In this document: positions 1 through 9,549 of the stretch, in pieces
How the letters are laid out: each line of letters begins with the position of its first letter
How positions within the stretch are numbered: position 1 is the first letter of the stretch
Assembly: GCA_963743305.1 (NCBI GenBank)
Contig: CAVUPH010000013.1
Location: forward strand, 32,001-96,000
Reading direction: 5' to 3'
DNA: 64,000 bases
DNA from: an uncultured delta proteobacterium
GTDB lineage: Bacteria > Desulfobacterota > RBG-13-43-22
Translations under genes and position numbers: made by a program
Notes under the pieces: model-generated
Told to the model about the DNA's origin: nothing
What the model saw: the letters and a program-made list of their open reading frames with translations, nothing else
The model's database searches: none

Positions 1-160
1 GGCCGCCCGTCAGCAGTTCCCGGTAAGGCGCAGGCCATACCAAGCTATAGGGGTGCAGGAAGACCAGCGGCCCAAATAGCAGCAGCGACCAATAGGTGGC
101 CTCCGGTTCCATTAAGGTGTAGGGGGTAACCCATACTTGCTGGATACGGTTTTTTTCCAT
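1..160 (-). CDS. hypothetical protein, N-terminal part (runs off the window)
   Basis: Manual translation from ATG at 160 gives MEKNRIQQVWVTPYTLMEPEATYWSLLLFGPLVFLHPY..., open to the window edge. Confidence 0.5.
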   Translation of the reverse strand, partial: MEKNRIQQVWVTPYTLMEPEATYWSLLLFGPLVFLHPYSLVWPAPYRELLTGG

Positions 161-253
161 GAGGGCAATGTATTAGAAGGGGGTCAGCTTGTCAATTGAT
201 AACCGCGCCCTCAATAGAATCCCCGTCAAAAATGCTATTCGAAAATTCAGTAT

Positions 254-398
254 TGATGGTTTCGCAAAAAGTCGAAAAACCCGTCATTGCGAGCGAAGCG
301 AAGCAATCCCCACCATGGCAACTAGCTGATTCTTGGGGATTGCTTCGTCGCTTCTCTCCTCGCAATGACAACCCGGGGGACTTTTTGCGAACTCATCA
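254..398. mobile_element. MITE-like element: terminal inverted repeats around a REP-like palindrome
   Basis: TGATGGTTTCGCAAAAAGTC ... GACTTTTTGCGAACTCATCA, flanked by direct repeat GTAT (250-253, 399-402). Inner palindrome GTCATTGCGAG...CTCGCAATGAC at 283-369. Confidence 0.7.
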
Positions 399-408
399 GT
401 ATTGAAAT

Positions 409-540
409 AGCTTTCCGATATCTCCTGTGCTCAGACCGACTCGGTCTGCCGACCGAGTCGGTCTTACCCTCGGGCAGTCCCTTAGGCTTTTTTATGCTTC
501 GCGAGTGCCCCCAGGGACATGGAGGTTTTATCGGAAAAAA
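409..540. repeat. palindromic intergenic element with one copy of the ATGCTTCGCG-hairpin motif (488-530)
   Basis: Ends TTTCCGATA / TATCGGAAA are complementary. Internal perfect inverted repeat AGACCGACTCGGTC-tgcc-GACCGAGTCGGTCT. Confidence 0.6.
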
Positions 541-544
541 TTTC

Positions 545-573
545 TTGACTCTTTTGATTAAATAGCTTATCTT
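545..573 (+). promoter_or_regulatory. sigma70-like promoter of the nik/cbi operon
   Basis: TTGACT (545-550), 17 nt spacer, TATCTT (568-573). Confidence 0.5.
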
Positions 574-584
574 ATGTGTCAATG

Positions 585-645
585 CGGCCATGAAGGCCAG
601 TAACAGTGGGAACTGTTATGGAGACTTCATGGCCGTTTTTTTTTT
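585..645 (+). terminator. leader hairpin with U-tract (candidate attenuator) upstream of nikM/cbiM
   Basis: CGGCCATGAAG...CTTCATGGCCG stem with inner TAACAGT/ACTGTTA stem, followed by 10 T. Confidence 0.65.
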
Positions 646-672
646 GCTATTCACCGAGTCTAAGCGATTTTT

Positions 673-1314
673 ATGCATATACCGGATGGTTTTTTAAGTA
701 ATACCATTAACCTGACAACCTTTGGGCTCTCGGGGATCACTCTGGCCTGGTCCTTGAAAAAGGCCAAAGAGGAGATCAGCGACCGGGAAATCCCGCTCAT
801 CGGCGTCACCGCGGCCTTTATTTTTGCGGCCCAGATGATTAATTTTCCGGTAGCCGGGGGAACCAGCGGTCATTTTTTGGGAGCGGCCCTGGCGGCCATT
901 CTTCTCGGCCCCTGGATCAGTTTTATTATTATGTCCCTGGTGCTGGTGCTCCAATGTTTAGGCTTTGCCGATGGGGGGTTGACGGCCCTCGGTTCGAATC
1001 TATTGAATATGGGATTGATCGGCGGTATCGGGGTTTATTACCTTTTTCGCCTGGTTCTGGCCCTGACCTCCAAAACCACCCGCGGCTTTCTATTGGCCGC
1101 GGCGGTCGCTTCCTGGTTTTCGGTGGTGCTGGCTTCCCTGGCCTGCGCGGTGGAATTGGCCCTGTCCGGTACCTCGCCGGCCAAGATTGTTATCCCCGCC
1201 ATGGTTGGTTTTCACGCCTTAATCGGCATCGGGGAGGCGATCATTACCACCGCGATTCTGTCGGCGGTCCTGGCGGCCCGTTCCGATTTGATCCGCACTT
1301 GGAGGACGGCTTGA
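673..1314 (+). CDS. cbiM: ECF-type Ni/Co transporter substrate-binding component NikM/CbiM
   Basis: N-terminal MHIPDGFL signature; AAFIFAAQMINFPV.GGTSGH motif; multiple TM helices. Confidence 0.93.
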   Translation: MHIPDGFLSNTINLTTFGLSGITLAWSLKKAKEEISDREIPLIGVTAAFIFAAQMINFPVAGGTSGHFLGAALAAILLGPWISFIIMSLVLVLQCLGFADGGLTALGSNLLNMGLIGGIGVYYLFRLVLALTSKTTRGFLLAAAVASWFSVVLASLACAVELALSGTSPAKIVIPAMVGFHALIGIGEAIITTAILSAVLAARSDLIRTWRTA

Positions 1315-2216
1315 GCAGGAAAGGGGGACCTTTCATTGGGTTGGGCCTGGCCTTTCTGGTCTTGGGGTTGGGCTTTCCGGTCCTTCTGTCTGCCGGAACG
1401 GTCGGCCCTTTTGTCGCGGATTTTGCCGATACGCAGGAACCCGGCAAATTATCCCTCCAAATCATCCCGGTTTTAGGTTTGAAGCAGGGGGAATTTGATC
1501 AGGATGGGAAGATCCGGTATTTGCCCAGCGGCGACCGGGATACTTCCCTGACCCTGGGTATACTCCCTATCTATGGAATAGCCGAGGATCTCGAAATTTC
1601 CGGAGAGGTGCCGTTTATCTATAACTGGAAAAGCCAATCGGGCCGCTCCGCGCAGGATGGAGGGGTGGGGGACATGGCCCTCAAAATGAAATATCGGCTC
1701 TTTGAGGGAGAAAGAGATGGTTGGGCCCCTTCCGTCTCCACGATTGGCAGGGTCCGCTTCCCGACCGGAAAATACGATAACCTTTCGCCGGATAAAATGG
1801 GTGCGGACGCCGCGGGAAGCGGCGCCTACCTGTTTACTCTGGGAGTCAATGTCGGAAAATGTACCGGCCAATGGCAGGTCACGGCCAACCTCTGGTATAA
1901 CTGGCCCCTGGAAACCAAGGTGGACGGGGTCAAGACGAAGGAGGGGAATTCCTGGTTTTATGCCTTGACCGGAGAATACGCGGTTTCCAAACACTGGTCG
2001 GTCCTATTGGAGTTTTATGGGCAGGAACAGGGGAAGACGGAAATAGACGGTCGGGCGGAGGACCAATCGGAATCCCGGGTGCTGAATGTCCTACCCGGAA
2101 TCGGATGGGACATCTCGGAGAAGATGTATATGATGGCGGGCTGTTCCTTCCCACTCCTGGGCAAAAACAGCAGCTTAACCATTAGCCCGTCTCTTTTTTT
2201 CAATTACAATTTTTAA
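1311..2216 (+). CDS. putative outer-membrane beta-barrel channel (transporter / MetA-pathway-like family)
   Basis: TTG start overlaps the cbiM stop; signal peptide; GVGDMALKMKYRL and RFPTGKY motifs; C-terminal YNF. Confidence 0.7.
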   Translation: MSRKGGPFIGLGLAFLVLGLGFPVLLSAGTVGPFVADFADTQEPGKLSLQIIPVLGLKQGEFDQDGKIRYLPSGDRDTSLTLGILPIYGIAEDLEISGEVPFIYNWKSQSGRSAQDGGVGDMALKMKYRLFEGERDGWAPSVSTIGRVRFPTGKYDNLSPDKMGADAAGSGAYLFTLGVNVGKCTGQWQVTANLWYNWPLETKVDGVKTKEGNSWFYALTGEYAVSKHWSVLLEFYGQEQGKTEIDGRAEDQSESRVLNVLPGIGWDISEKMYMMAGCSFPLLGKNSSLTISPSLFFNYNF

Positions 2217-2230
2217 ATGCCGCACCCTCT

Positions 2231-2548
2231 ATGGAAACGAACCGAATGTCCCCAAAGAAGATTATCCTCGCCGGAATTTTATTGGCCCTGGTGGTGGCCT
2301 GTTTTCTATCCCCCTGGGCTTCTTCCTGGCCGGATGGGCTGGAGCGGGTGGCGGAGAATCTGGGTTTCCTGAAAAAAGCGGATGTCCCAGGGGTCTCGAT
2401 CTGGGAGAGATCGCCGCTACCCGACTATAAAATTCCCGGGGTTCAAAATGAACATTGGGCCACCGGTCTGGCCGGACTGGTCGGGACCCTGGCCGTGGCC
2501 GCTATCGGCTGGGGACTGGCCCGATTATTAAAGAAAAGGGGATCGTGA
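2231..2548 (+). CDS. PDGLE-domain protein (NikN/CbiN-like ECF auxiliary subunit)
   Basis: ASSWPDGLERVA motif, PLPDY motif, two TM helices. Confidence 0.88.
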   Translation: METNRMSPKKIILAGILLALVVACFLSPWASSWPDGLERVAENLGFLKKADVPGVSIWERSPLPDYKIPGVQNEHWATGLAGLVGTLAVAAIGWGLARLLKKRGS

Positions 2549-2554
2549 CCTCTC

Positions 2555-3325
2555 ATGGAACATAGTTTTTTAGACCGTTACAGCCACCTGGGCAGCGTCA
2601 TCCACAACCTGGACGCCCGGACCAAAATCCTGTCTTTTCTCGGTCTGATCGGGCTGACGGTTTTGACGCCGCCCCAGTACTGGCCCATATTCCTGGCCCA
2701 TTTTACGCTAATGGCCCTGGTGCTGATTCTCTCCCGGGTGCCGGTGGGGTATGTGCTGACCCGTTCCCTGATTATCCTGCCTTTTGTCTTGCTGACCGCT
2801 ATCTTCCTTCCCTTTCTCCCGGGAGACCGTCCGGCCGGCGGAACCAGCCTGGGGATCGGGACCGTGACTTTGACGGCTTCAGGCCTTCAGGTTTTCTGGA
2901 ACATCTTCCTCAAGGGCTTCCTCGGCGTATTCGCCATTATCCTGCTTTCGGCCACCACCCCCTTCCCCAGGATTTTGGAGGCCTTGAGGAAATTCAGGAT
3001 CCCGGCGATTTTTACCCTGCTTTTGGGGTTTATCTATCGCTATTTGTTTGTTCTTTTGGATGAAGTCCTGCGCATGAAGCAGGCCATAGAATCCCGGGGC
3101 TATCGGGGCCGGTGGATCTGGCAGGCCAAATCGCTGGGTCGAATGTTGGGCCAATTGTTTCTGCACACTTACGAGCGCGGGGAGCGGGTCTATCTGGGAA
3201 TGATGTCACGGGGCTTTCAGGGAGAAACCAGGAGCCTGACCCCTTCCCGTCTGCGGCCGGGGGATTATCTTTTCCTGCTCCTGTTTCTGTCGGTGACCGC
3301 TCTTTCCCAGCTCCTCTTTCGATGA
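2555..3325 (+). CDS. cbiQ: ECF transporter T component CbiQ/NikQ
   Basis: IHNLDARTK, YRYLFVL and ERGERVYLGMMSRGF motifs. Confidence 0.92.
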   Translation: MEHSFLDRYSHLGSVIHNLDARTKILSFLGLIGLTVLTPPQYWPIFLAHFTLMALVLILSRVPVGYVLTRSLIILPFVLLTAIFLPFLPGDRPAGGTSLGIGTVTLTASGLQVFWNIFLKGFLGVFAIILLSATTPFPRILEALRKFRIPAIFTLLLGFIYRYLFVLLDEVLRMKQAIESRGYRGRWIWQAKSLGRMLGQLFLHTYERGERVYLGMMSRGFQGETRSLTPSRLRPGDYLFLLLFLSVTALSQLLFR

Positions 3326-4099
3326 ACGCCATAGAAATTCGCCATCTCTCTTTCACCTATCCGGATGGCCATCAAGCCCTGAAAGGATTGAACCTGGCGG
3401 TGGAACGGGGGGAATGCCTGGGGTTGGTCGGTCCCAACGGGGCCGGCAAATCCACGCTGCTGCTGCATTTGAACGGCCTCATCCCCAGTCCCAACGGCTC
3501 GGTCCGAATTTTAGGGGAAGTCATCACCAAACAGACGCTGCCCGGGGTGAGACAAAAGGTGGGCATGGTTTTTCAGAATCCGGACGACCAGCTTTTTTGC
3601 CCCACCCTGTTTGAGGATGTGGCCTTCGGCCCCCTGAATAGCCGGGTCCCGGCCGAAGAGGTCCCCGGAAGGGTGGCCCAGGCCCTCAACAAGGTGGGCT
3701 TGGAAGGTTTTGAGCAGCGCTCACCTCATCATATGAGTGTGGGTGAAAAGCGGAAGGCCTCGCTGGCGACGATCCTTTCCATGGACCCGGAGATCATCGT
3801 GTCTGGATGAACCTTCCAGCAACCTGGATCCCCGTTCCCGCAAGGAACTGATCCGCCTGCTGGCCTCTTTTACGGAAACCCGGATCGTGGCCACCCACGA
3901 TCTGGAAATGGTCCTGCAGCTTTGCGACCGGGTGGCCCTGATGGACCAGGGGGTGGTGGTGGCCCTGGGCCTGCCGGAGCAGGTCCTCAGCGACGAAGAA
4001 CTGCTGAAGTCCCATGGGCTGGAACTTCCCGAGATCCTGCGCCTGGTCCCCGCGGAAAAACGACTGGAATTGGTTTCCCGTCTTAAAGACTACTTCTAA
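3322..4099 (+). CDS. cbiO: ECF transporter ATPase CbiO/NikO (one frameshift near 3800)
   Basis: Walker A GPNGAGKST and FQNPDDQLF. Walker B LDEP and the ATHD switch continue in another frame. ATGA overlap with cbiQ. Confidence 0.9.
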
Positions 4100-4267
4100 T
4101 TTCCTTCCTGTTTCCTTAAGAAGATCCCGAGGTTGTCCAAGACGAGGGAAATTACCCTGCCGGCGCGGTTAAAGGGTACCGGTAAAACAACCGATCAATT
4201 AGTTAATTCTGGCCTATCCCTGCCGAAAGGACCGGGTTGGGCCTTCTTCATCTCCGTCTCAGAAAAT

Positions 4268-5775
4268 ATGCCGCTATTCGACAATAAAATCTTTTTCGCA
4301 GATATACTTCAGCGTATATTCCTCCCGAAGCCGTTTCTCTATCCTGATGAGGCCCTTGACGGACTGAATTATTGGCGGGAACGTATGGTACTGGCGGTGC
4401 TGGCCGCCGGAGGTTGGTTGTCGTTGTTAGCCCTGGCACCCGCCTTCTACCTGGCGCTGACGAGGGGACTATGGCTGCTGCTGATCGTCGATATCGTCGC
4501 CTTCCTCATTACGCTTAATCTGCTGATTTCCCATCGTTTCGGACTACGGACCCGGGCCTTGGCCGTGCTGCTGATTACCTTTACGGTAGGGGCGGTTATC
4601 ATTGTTCAGGTTGGATTTCTGAGCGCCGGCCCTGCCTGGCTCTTCTGTTTTTCAGTGCTGGCCGGTGTCTTTTTAGGGCTGAGAGGCGCGCTGGCGGCGA
4701 CCCTGCTGAACGCCGCTACGATCGTTTTGCTCGCTTGGTTCGTCTATCCCGGACAAGCAATGGAGCAGGAGTTTCTGATGTCCACCAGTCGGTCGATCAC
4801 GGCGGGGGCCAATTTCATCTTTCTCAACGGGGTGGCGGCGATTTCGGTGGCCGCCCTGGTAAACGGGCTGCTGGCGTCGAATCGGAAAACCGTTGCGGCC
4901 ACAGCCGCTTTGAAAGAGGAAAAGGCGGCTCTGCTGAAAACCAGGGAAAGCCTGAAGGAGGAGATTGCCGTCAGGAAGAATTCCGAGAAGGCTCTCCAGC
5001 GCAGTGAACGGCAATACCGTTTATTGGCTGAAAATATCAAGGATGTCATCTGGACCATGGACCTGAATTTCCGGTTCACCTATGTCAGTTCGGTGGTCGA
5101 AGCCATGCAGGGCTGGACACCGGAGGAGATGCTCGAATTAACCTTGGAGAACATCATGTCCCCTTCTTCGCTGGGAGCGGTTTTGGAGGTCTTCAACCGG
5201 GAATATGCTCTGGGGCAGCAGACAGGGGAACACAACCGTTCGGCCACAGTGGAACTCGAACTATTCCGGCGGGATGGCTCCAGGCTCTGGACCGAAGTGA
5301 CCGCCTCTTTCATTCTGGACGAGGAGGGCTTGCCCGTGGGCATACTTGGCGTCACCCGCGACATTTCCGAGCGACGAAAGGCCCAGGAAGAAAAAGAAAA
5401 ACTTTTGGAAAATTTAAATCAATCCCGAAAAATGGAAGCTATCGGCAGACTGGCCGGCGGGGTGGCCCATGACCTGAACAATGTCCTCTCGGGCATCGTC
5501 AGCTATCCCGATCTGCTCCTGCTGGACCTTCCGGAGGATAGCCCGAACAGAGGACCTCTGGAGACCATTCAGGAGTCAGGCAAAAAGGCAGCCGCGATCG
5601 TACAGGATCTATTGACGCTCGCCCGCCGAGGCGTGTCTGTTGCTGAAGTCCTCAATCTGAACGACCTCATTCGGGAATATCTGACCAGCCCGGAATTCAA
5701 ACAGTTGGAATCATTCCACCCGCTGGTGGTTCTTGATAGGCGTCTCGATCCGGCGATTAGGAGCATAAAGGCTCA
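4268..5775 (+). pseudogene. membrane PAS sensor histidine kinase truncated after HisKA (no HATPase domain)
   Basis: TM helices, PAS domain and H-box GGVAHDLNN are present. The ORF collides with the convergent gene before any N/G boxes. Confidence 0.75.
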
Positions 5776-7130
5776 TTGCCCATATCCCGCATCAGGCTCG
5801 TAAAGGCCTCCACGCATTCCGGGCATAGTTGCCGGCCCTGTTCCTCTTCAATGATTTCCATGGCCCGCTCGTGGCTCAAGGCCCGCCGATAGGGACGATC
5901 GCTGGTCAGGGCGTGATAGGTGTCGGCCACCGCCGTCATTCTGGCCCAGAGCACTATTTCTTCCCCTTTAATCCCATCCGGATAGCCGCCGCCGTCAAAA
6001 CGCTCATGGTGATGAAGGATGACCGGAAGCAGCGGTTTAATGCTGGGAATCGAACCTAAAATGGAGGCGCCGATAACCGGATGTTTTCGGATGACCGCGA
6101 ATTCTTCCGTGCTGAGGCGGCCGGGTTTCAAAAGGATGTGGTCGGGAATCCCGATCTTGCCGATATCATGCAGCCTTCCGGAGATGCCCAGGGATTCGAT
6201 TTCTTCCGGACGGGCATTCATATGGGCGGCCATCTTGGTCACCAGCAGGGCGACGTCCTCGGAATGTCCCCGGGTGTAGTGATCACGGGCCTCGAGGGCC
6301 ACGATCAGGCTGGTGATGCCGGCGAGCATCATTTTTTGTTCCAGATCCAGCCGCTCCCGTTCCTTGAGCAAAAGGAGAAAATGGTCCGAGATCAGTTTCT
6401 CCACGGTGATGACCGCCTGTTCCAGATTAAAGGGCTTGACCAGATAGCCCGCCGCGCCCCATTGCAGCAGTTGCCGCATGACGGCCCGATCGTTATTGGA
6501 GCTCATGACGACAAAAGGAATGGTGCCCAGATCGGGGTCCCCGTGAAGTTTTCGGCAGAGGTCGAGCCCGTTCATCCGGGGCATACCGAGGTCGCTTAAG
6601 ATCAGGTCCGGCCGGCGCTCCGCGATCCGTTTTAAGGCCTGTTTTCCGTCTTCCGCCTCCATGACCTGAAAACCCGCCTCTTCCAGGGCCTGGGTTACCC
6701 GTTGGCGGATATTCGGCGAATCGTCTACCACCAGGACCAGGCGGCTGCGGTGAAATCTGCTTTTCTCGAGGACCCGTTCGATGGTTTCGTTCAGAAGGGC
6801 CTGGGCCTCCGATTTGGAAACATAGGCGGCGGCCCCCACATTGAAGCCCTGTTCCACATCCCGGTCCGTATCCAGGGAACTGAGGATGATCACCGGGATA
6901 CTCCGGGTGACGGGATCGTTCTTCAACTGGGCGCAGAGGCCGAACCCGTCCAGACGGGGCATTTCCACATCGGAGATGATCAGGTCGAAACTCCCGGAAA
7001 AGGCCTTCTCCAGCCCCTCCCACCCGTCTTCCGCCTGAGTGACCCGGGCCCCGAATTTCTCCAGTTGCCGGGTCAGGGCCTTGCGGATGATCGAGCTGTC
7101 ATCGACGATGAGTATCTTGGGTAAATTCAT
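5757..7130 (-). CDS. tandem-REC HD-GYP cyclic dinucleotide phosphodiesterase
   Basis: Two receiver domains (ILIVDD...DVEMP; VLVVDD...DLGMP), LHDIGK, HHHERFDGGGYP. Confidence 0.92.
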   Translation of the reverse strand: MNLPKILIVDDSSIIRKALTRQLEKFGARVTQAEDGWEGLEKAFSGSFDLIISDVEMPRLDGFGLCAQLKNDPVTRSIPVIILSSLDTDRDVEQGFNVGAAAYVSKSEAQALLNETIERVLEKSRFHRSRLVLVVDDSPNIRQRVTQALEEAGFQVMEAEDGKQALKRIAERRPDLILSDLGMPRMNGLDLCRKLHGDPDLGTIPFVVMSSNNDRAVMRQLLQWGAAGYLVKPFNLEQAVITVEKLISDHFLLLLKERERLDLEQKMMLAGITSLIVALEARDHYTRGHSEDVALLVTKMAAHMNARPEEIESLGISGRLHDIGKIGIPDHILLKPGRLSTEEFAVIRKHPVIGASILGSIPSIKPLLPVILHHHERFDGGGYPDGIKGEEIVLWARMTAVADTYHALTSDRPYRRALSHERAMEIIEEEQGRQLCPECVEAFTSLMRDMGNEPLCS

Positions 7131-7289
7131 GATCAGGGGTCTGGCCGGGAACGGTCCTTTCCACCGGAACAATCAAATTACGGCATCGAATTATTCTCGG
7201 CAGTTTGAAATGTTTACTTTAATCGGATGTCCTTTAGTGTCGCCCGGCACTCTATAGCAGTCTCATAATTGAAGCAACCTCATTTAGTC

Positions 7290-7319
7290 TTGATTTTTTA
7301 TACGCCAATGGCGTATAGT
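7290..7319 (+). promoter_or_regulatory. TA promoter with palindromic operator
   Basis: TTGATT...TATAGT enclosing the perfect inverted repeat TATACGCCA-a-TGGCGTATA (7299-7317). Confidence 0.6.
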
Positions 7320-7324
7320 TGATC

Positions 7325-7405
7325 ATGCGTTTTATCGAAACTCCTATAGCGCAAATAAAGCTGCTAAGTAAGCTGGCAGATGAGGAGTTCCATGGAAAAA
7401 AGTAA
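7325..7405 (+). pseudogene. internally deleted RelE/HigB-type toxin
   Basis: 26-aa ORF MRFIETPI+AQIKLLSKLADEEFHGKK matches the typical N- and C-termini of HigB-2-like toxins. It overlaps the antitoxin start. Confidence 0.7.
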
Positions 7406-7682
7406 ATTCAACCGGTTGGTAGAAAGCATAAAGCAGGCCGGAAAAATAAAGCGGGGCGAGTTAAAACCGGAGAGAGAATTTCGTTTCAGCCCGGCCGATA
7501 TTAAAGAAATCCGATTGAACCTGCGTAAATCTCAGGCGGAATTTTCTCTGATGATCGGGGTAAGCGTCTCCACGCTTCAGAATTGGGAGCAGGGCCGGCG
7601 GGTCCCGGAAGGGCCCGCCCGGGCCCTACTTAAAATCGCCGCCGAAAAACCAGGGGCGGTTATAGAGGCCTTGAGTGGTTAA
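7392..7682 (+). CDS. XRE-family HTH antitoxin (HigA-2/NadS-like)
   Basis: SQAEFSLMIGVSVSTLQNWEQGRRVPEGPARALL; GAGGAG RBS. Confidence 0.88.
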   Translation: MEKSKFNRLVESIKQAGKIKRGELKPEREFRFSPADIKEIRLNLRKSQAEFSLMIGVSVSTLQNWEQGRRVPEGPARALLKIAAEKPGAVIEALSG

Positions 7683-8071
7683 TGGGGACTTTCTTCGGCT
7701 TGGCCCTATTCGTCGGAGGAAAATAGCAGGTAATAATTCACCGAATTCCCAACAGGGCAGAAATCCACCGACCTTTGATCACCTCCCGGTCGACTTTTCG
7801 TTTTGAAGATCTTACGGGATTCGATTCCCCGGCCCGTCACGTGGTGCAAGGCCCCGGGGACGTTCGGGCGAACACTAATCGAGGCTTGCTTTTTTCTTAA
7901 GTCCTTTTTACAACCACCGGCAAGTATATTCAGAAACTACGAACCCCTGTCTCTAATAGGATGTCCCCCTTTGTTCGATCCCGGACCTGGGAGCCGTACA
8001 CGGAAAAATGGGACAGCAACCGGTCACCGGCCTTCGCCCCTTTGACCAGCCATGTTAAGTATTTCTTGCGC

Positions 8072-8090
8072 TATTCGCGAATTGCGAATA
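8072..8090. promoter_or_regulatory. palindromic operator upstream of the HTH/NTase pair
   Basis: TATTCGC-gaatt-GCGAATA, 10 nt before ATG 8101. Confidence 0.55.
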
Positions 8091-8100
8091 TAAAACGGCC

Positions 8101-8612
8101 ATGAATCTTAAACCCCAGGACATCTATATCCTTTTGAAGCTCGTCGCACTGGGTGAAGGCCAGTGGTCTTATGCATCCGTGGCCGGCGATCTGTTCATGA
8201 GCGCCTCCGAGGTCCATGCCGGCATCAAGCGCGCCAGTTGCCGCTCGCCTGATGCATTCGCAAGGCGGACGCCCCTGAAAAAATCGCTGGAAGAATTCCT
8301 CATTCATGGCGTCAAGTATGCGTTCCCGCCGGACCATGGCGGACTGACCCGGGGCGTTCCTACGGGATATGCGGCGCCGCCGCTCAAGGACATCATTTCC
8401 CAGCCGAACGAACCGCCCCCCGTCTGGCCGGATCCGGAAGGCAATACCCGCGGCTATGAATTCTCGCCCCTGTACAAGACCGTCCCGAAGGCCGCATTAA
8501 AAGACAACAACTCTATGAATTGCTGGCGATCGTTGACGCCATCCGCGACGGGAGAGCCCGCGAAAGAGAAATCGCCATCAAGGAACTCAAGGCGCGATTG
8601 GGATCAGGATGA
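8101..8612 (+). CDS. winged-HTH protein, putative type IV (AbiEi-like) antitoxin; frameshifted
   Basis: MNLKPQDIYILLKL...EFLIHGVKYAFPP. The C-terminus LYELLAIVDAIRDGRARE lies in another frame after ~8505 and ends in an ATGA overlap with the next gene. Confidence 0.7.
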
Positions 8613-9324
8613 TCAATACCAGAGACATCAATATTCGGATGATCATCGCCGTGGCCAAACGTCTCGGCGATCTGAGGGACAAGGTCGTCTTCGTCGGGGG
8701 ATGCGCCACGGGATTGTTCATCACAGATCCCGCCATGCCGGAAGTCCGGGCCACCCAGGACGTGGATGTCATTGTCGAGGTCGCCTCGCGGATGGACTAT
8801 TACCGGCTTGAGGAAGAACTCAGGATCAGGGGCTTCAAACAGGACATGAGTGAGAATGCGCCGGTCTGCCGCTGGCTGGTGGATCGGATCAAAGTCGATG
8901 TCATGCCGACTCAGGAAGAGATCCTGGGGTTCTCCAACCGCTGGTATCTGCCCGCCATCAAGAACGCGGATCAGCTTCAATTGGAAGACGACCTGACCAT
9001 CAAGCTGGTCACGCCTCCCTATTTCCTGGCGACCAAGATCGAGGCCTTCAAGGGCCGCGGCGGCGGCGATTATATGGCCAGTCACGACATGGAAGACATC
9101 ATCACGGTCCTGGATGGCCGACCGGAAATCGTTTCGGAAATCAGAAGCTCATCGGATGATCTGAAGATTTTCTTATCCAGAACTTTCGAGGGCTTTTGGC
9201 AAAGGATGAATTCCGCGATTCGATTCCCGGCCATCTTCCCCCCGATCGTGCAAGCCAGTCACGATTGCCTCTGCTCATGAAATGCATCGAGGAGATATCA
9301 AAGATTCATGATTCTGTGCGGTAA
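8609..9324 (+). CDS. nucleotidyltransferase, AbiEii-like putative toxin; frameshift near 9188
   Basis: VFVGGCATGL, RATQDVDVIV, ATKIEAFKGRG and SHDMEDI motifs. Tail DSIPGHLPPD..SQSR is in the shifted frame. Confidence 0.78.
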
Positions 9325-9549
9325 AATTTGCATTGGGTATAGTGCGGAGTGCAGAGCGTAGCGTTTAAAAGACATTTATCGGACACTAAAACGCCTACCG
9401 CAAAGGAACCCCCGCCGGAGGCCGGGCATTTCTTCTTTTGCTTCTGTCTTCCCTTTGGTCATTGTCTCCATACCCCCTGACAGAGTTGCTTACTCGTCTG
9501 GGATTTCCTTGACAGCTACGGGTGGAGCCGCTATGATCTTGGTGATGTC

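Noticed and set aside
9325-9549. A third attC after the Zn-ribbon cassette gene
   Set aside because: No GCCCAAC-like inverse core or paired L boxes could be found.
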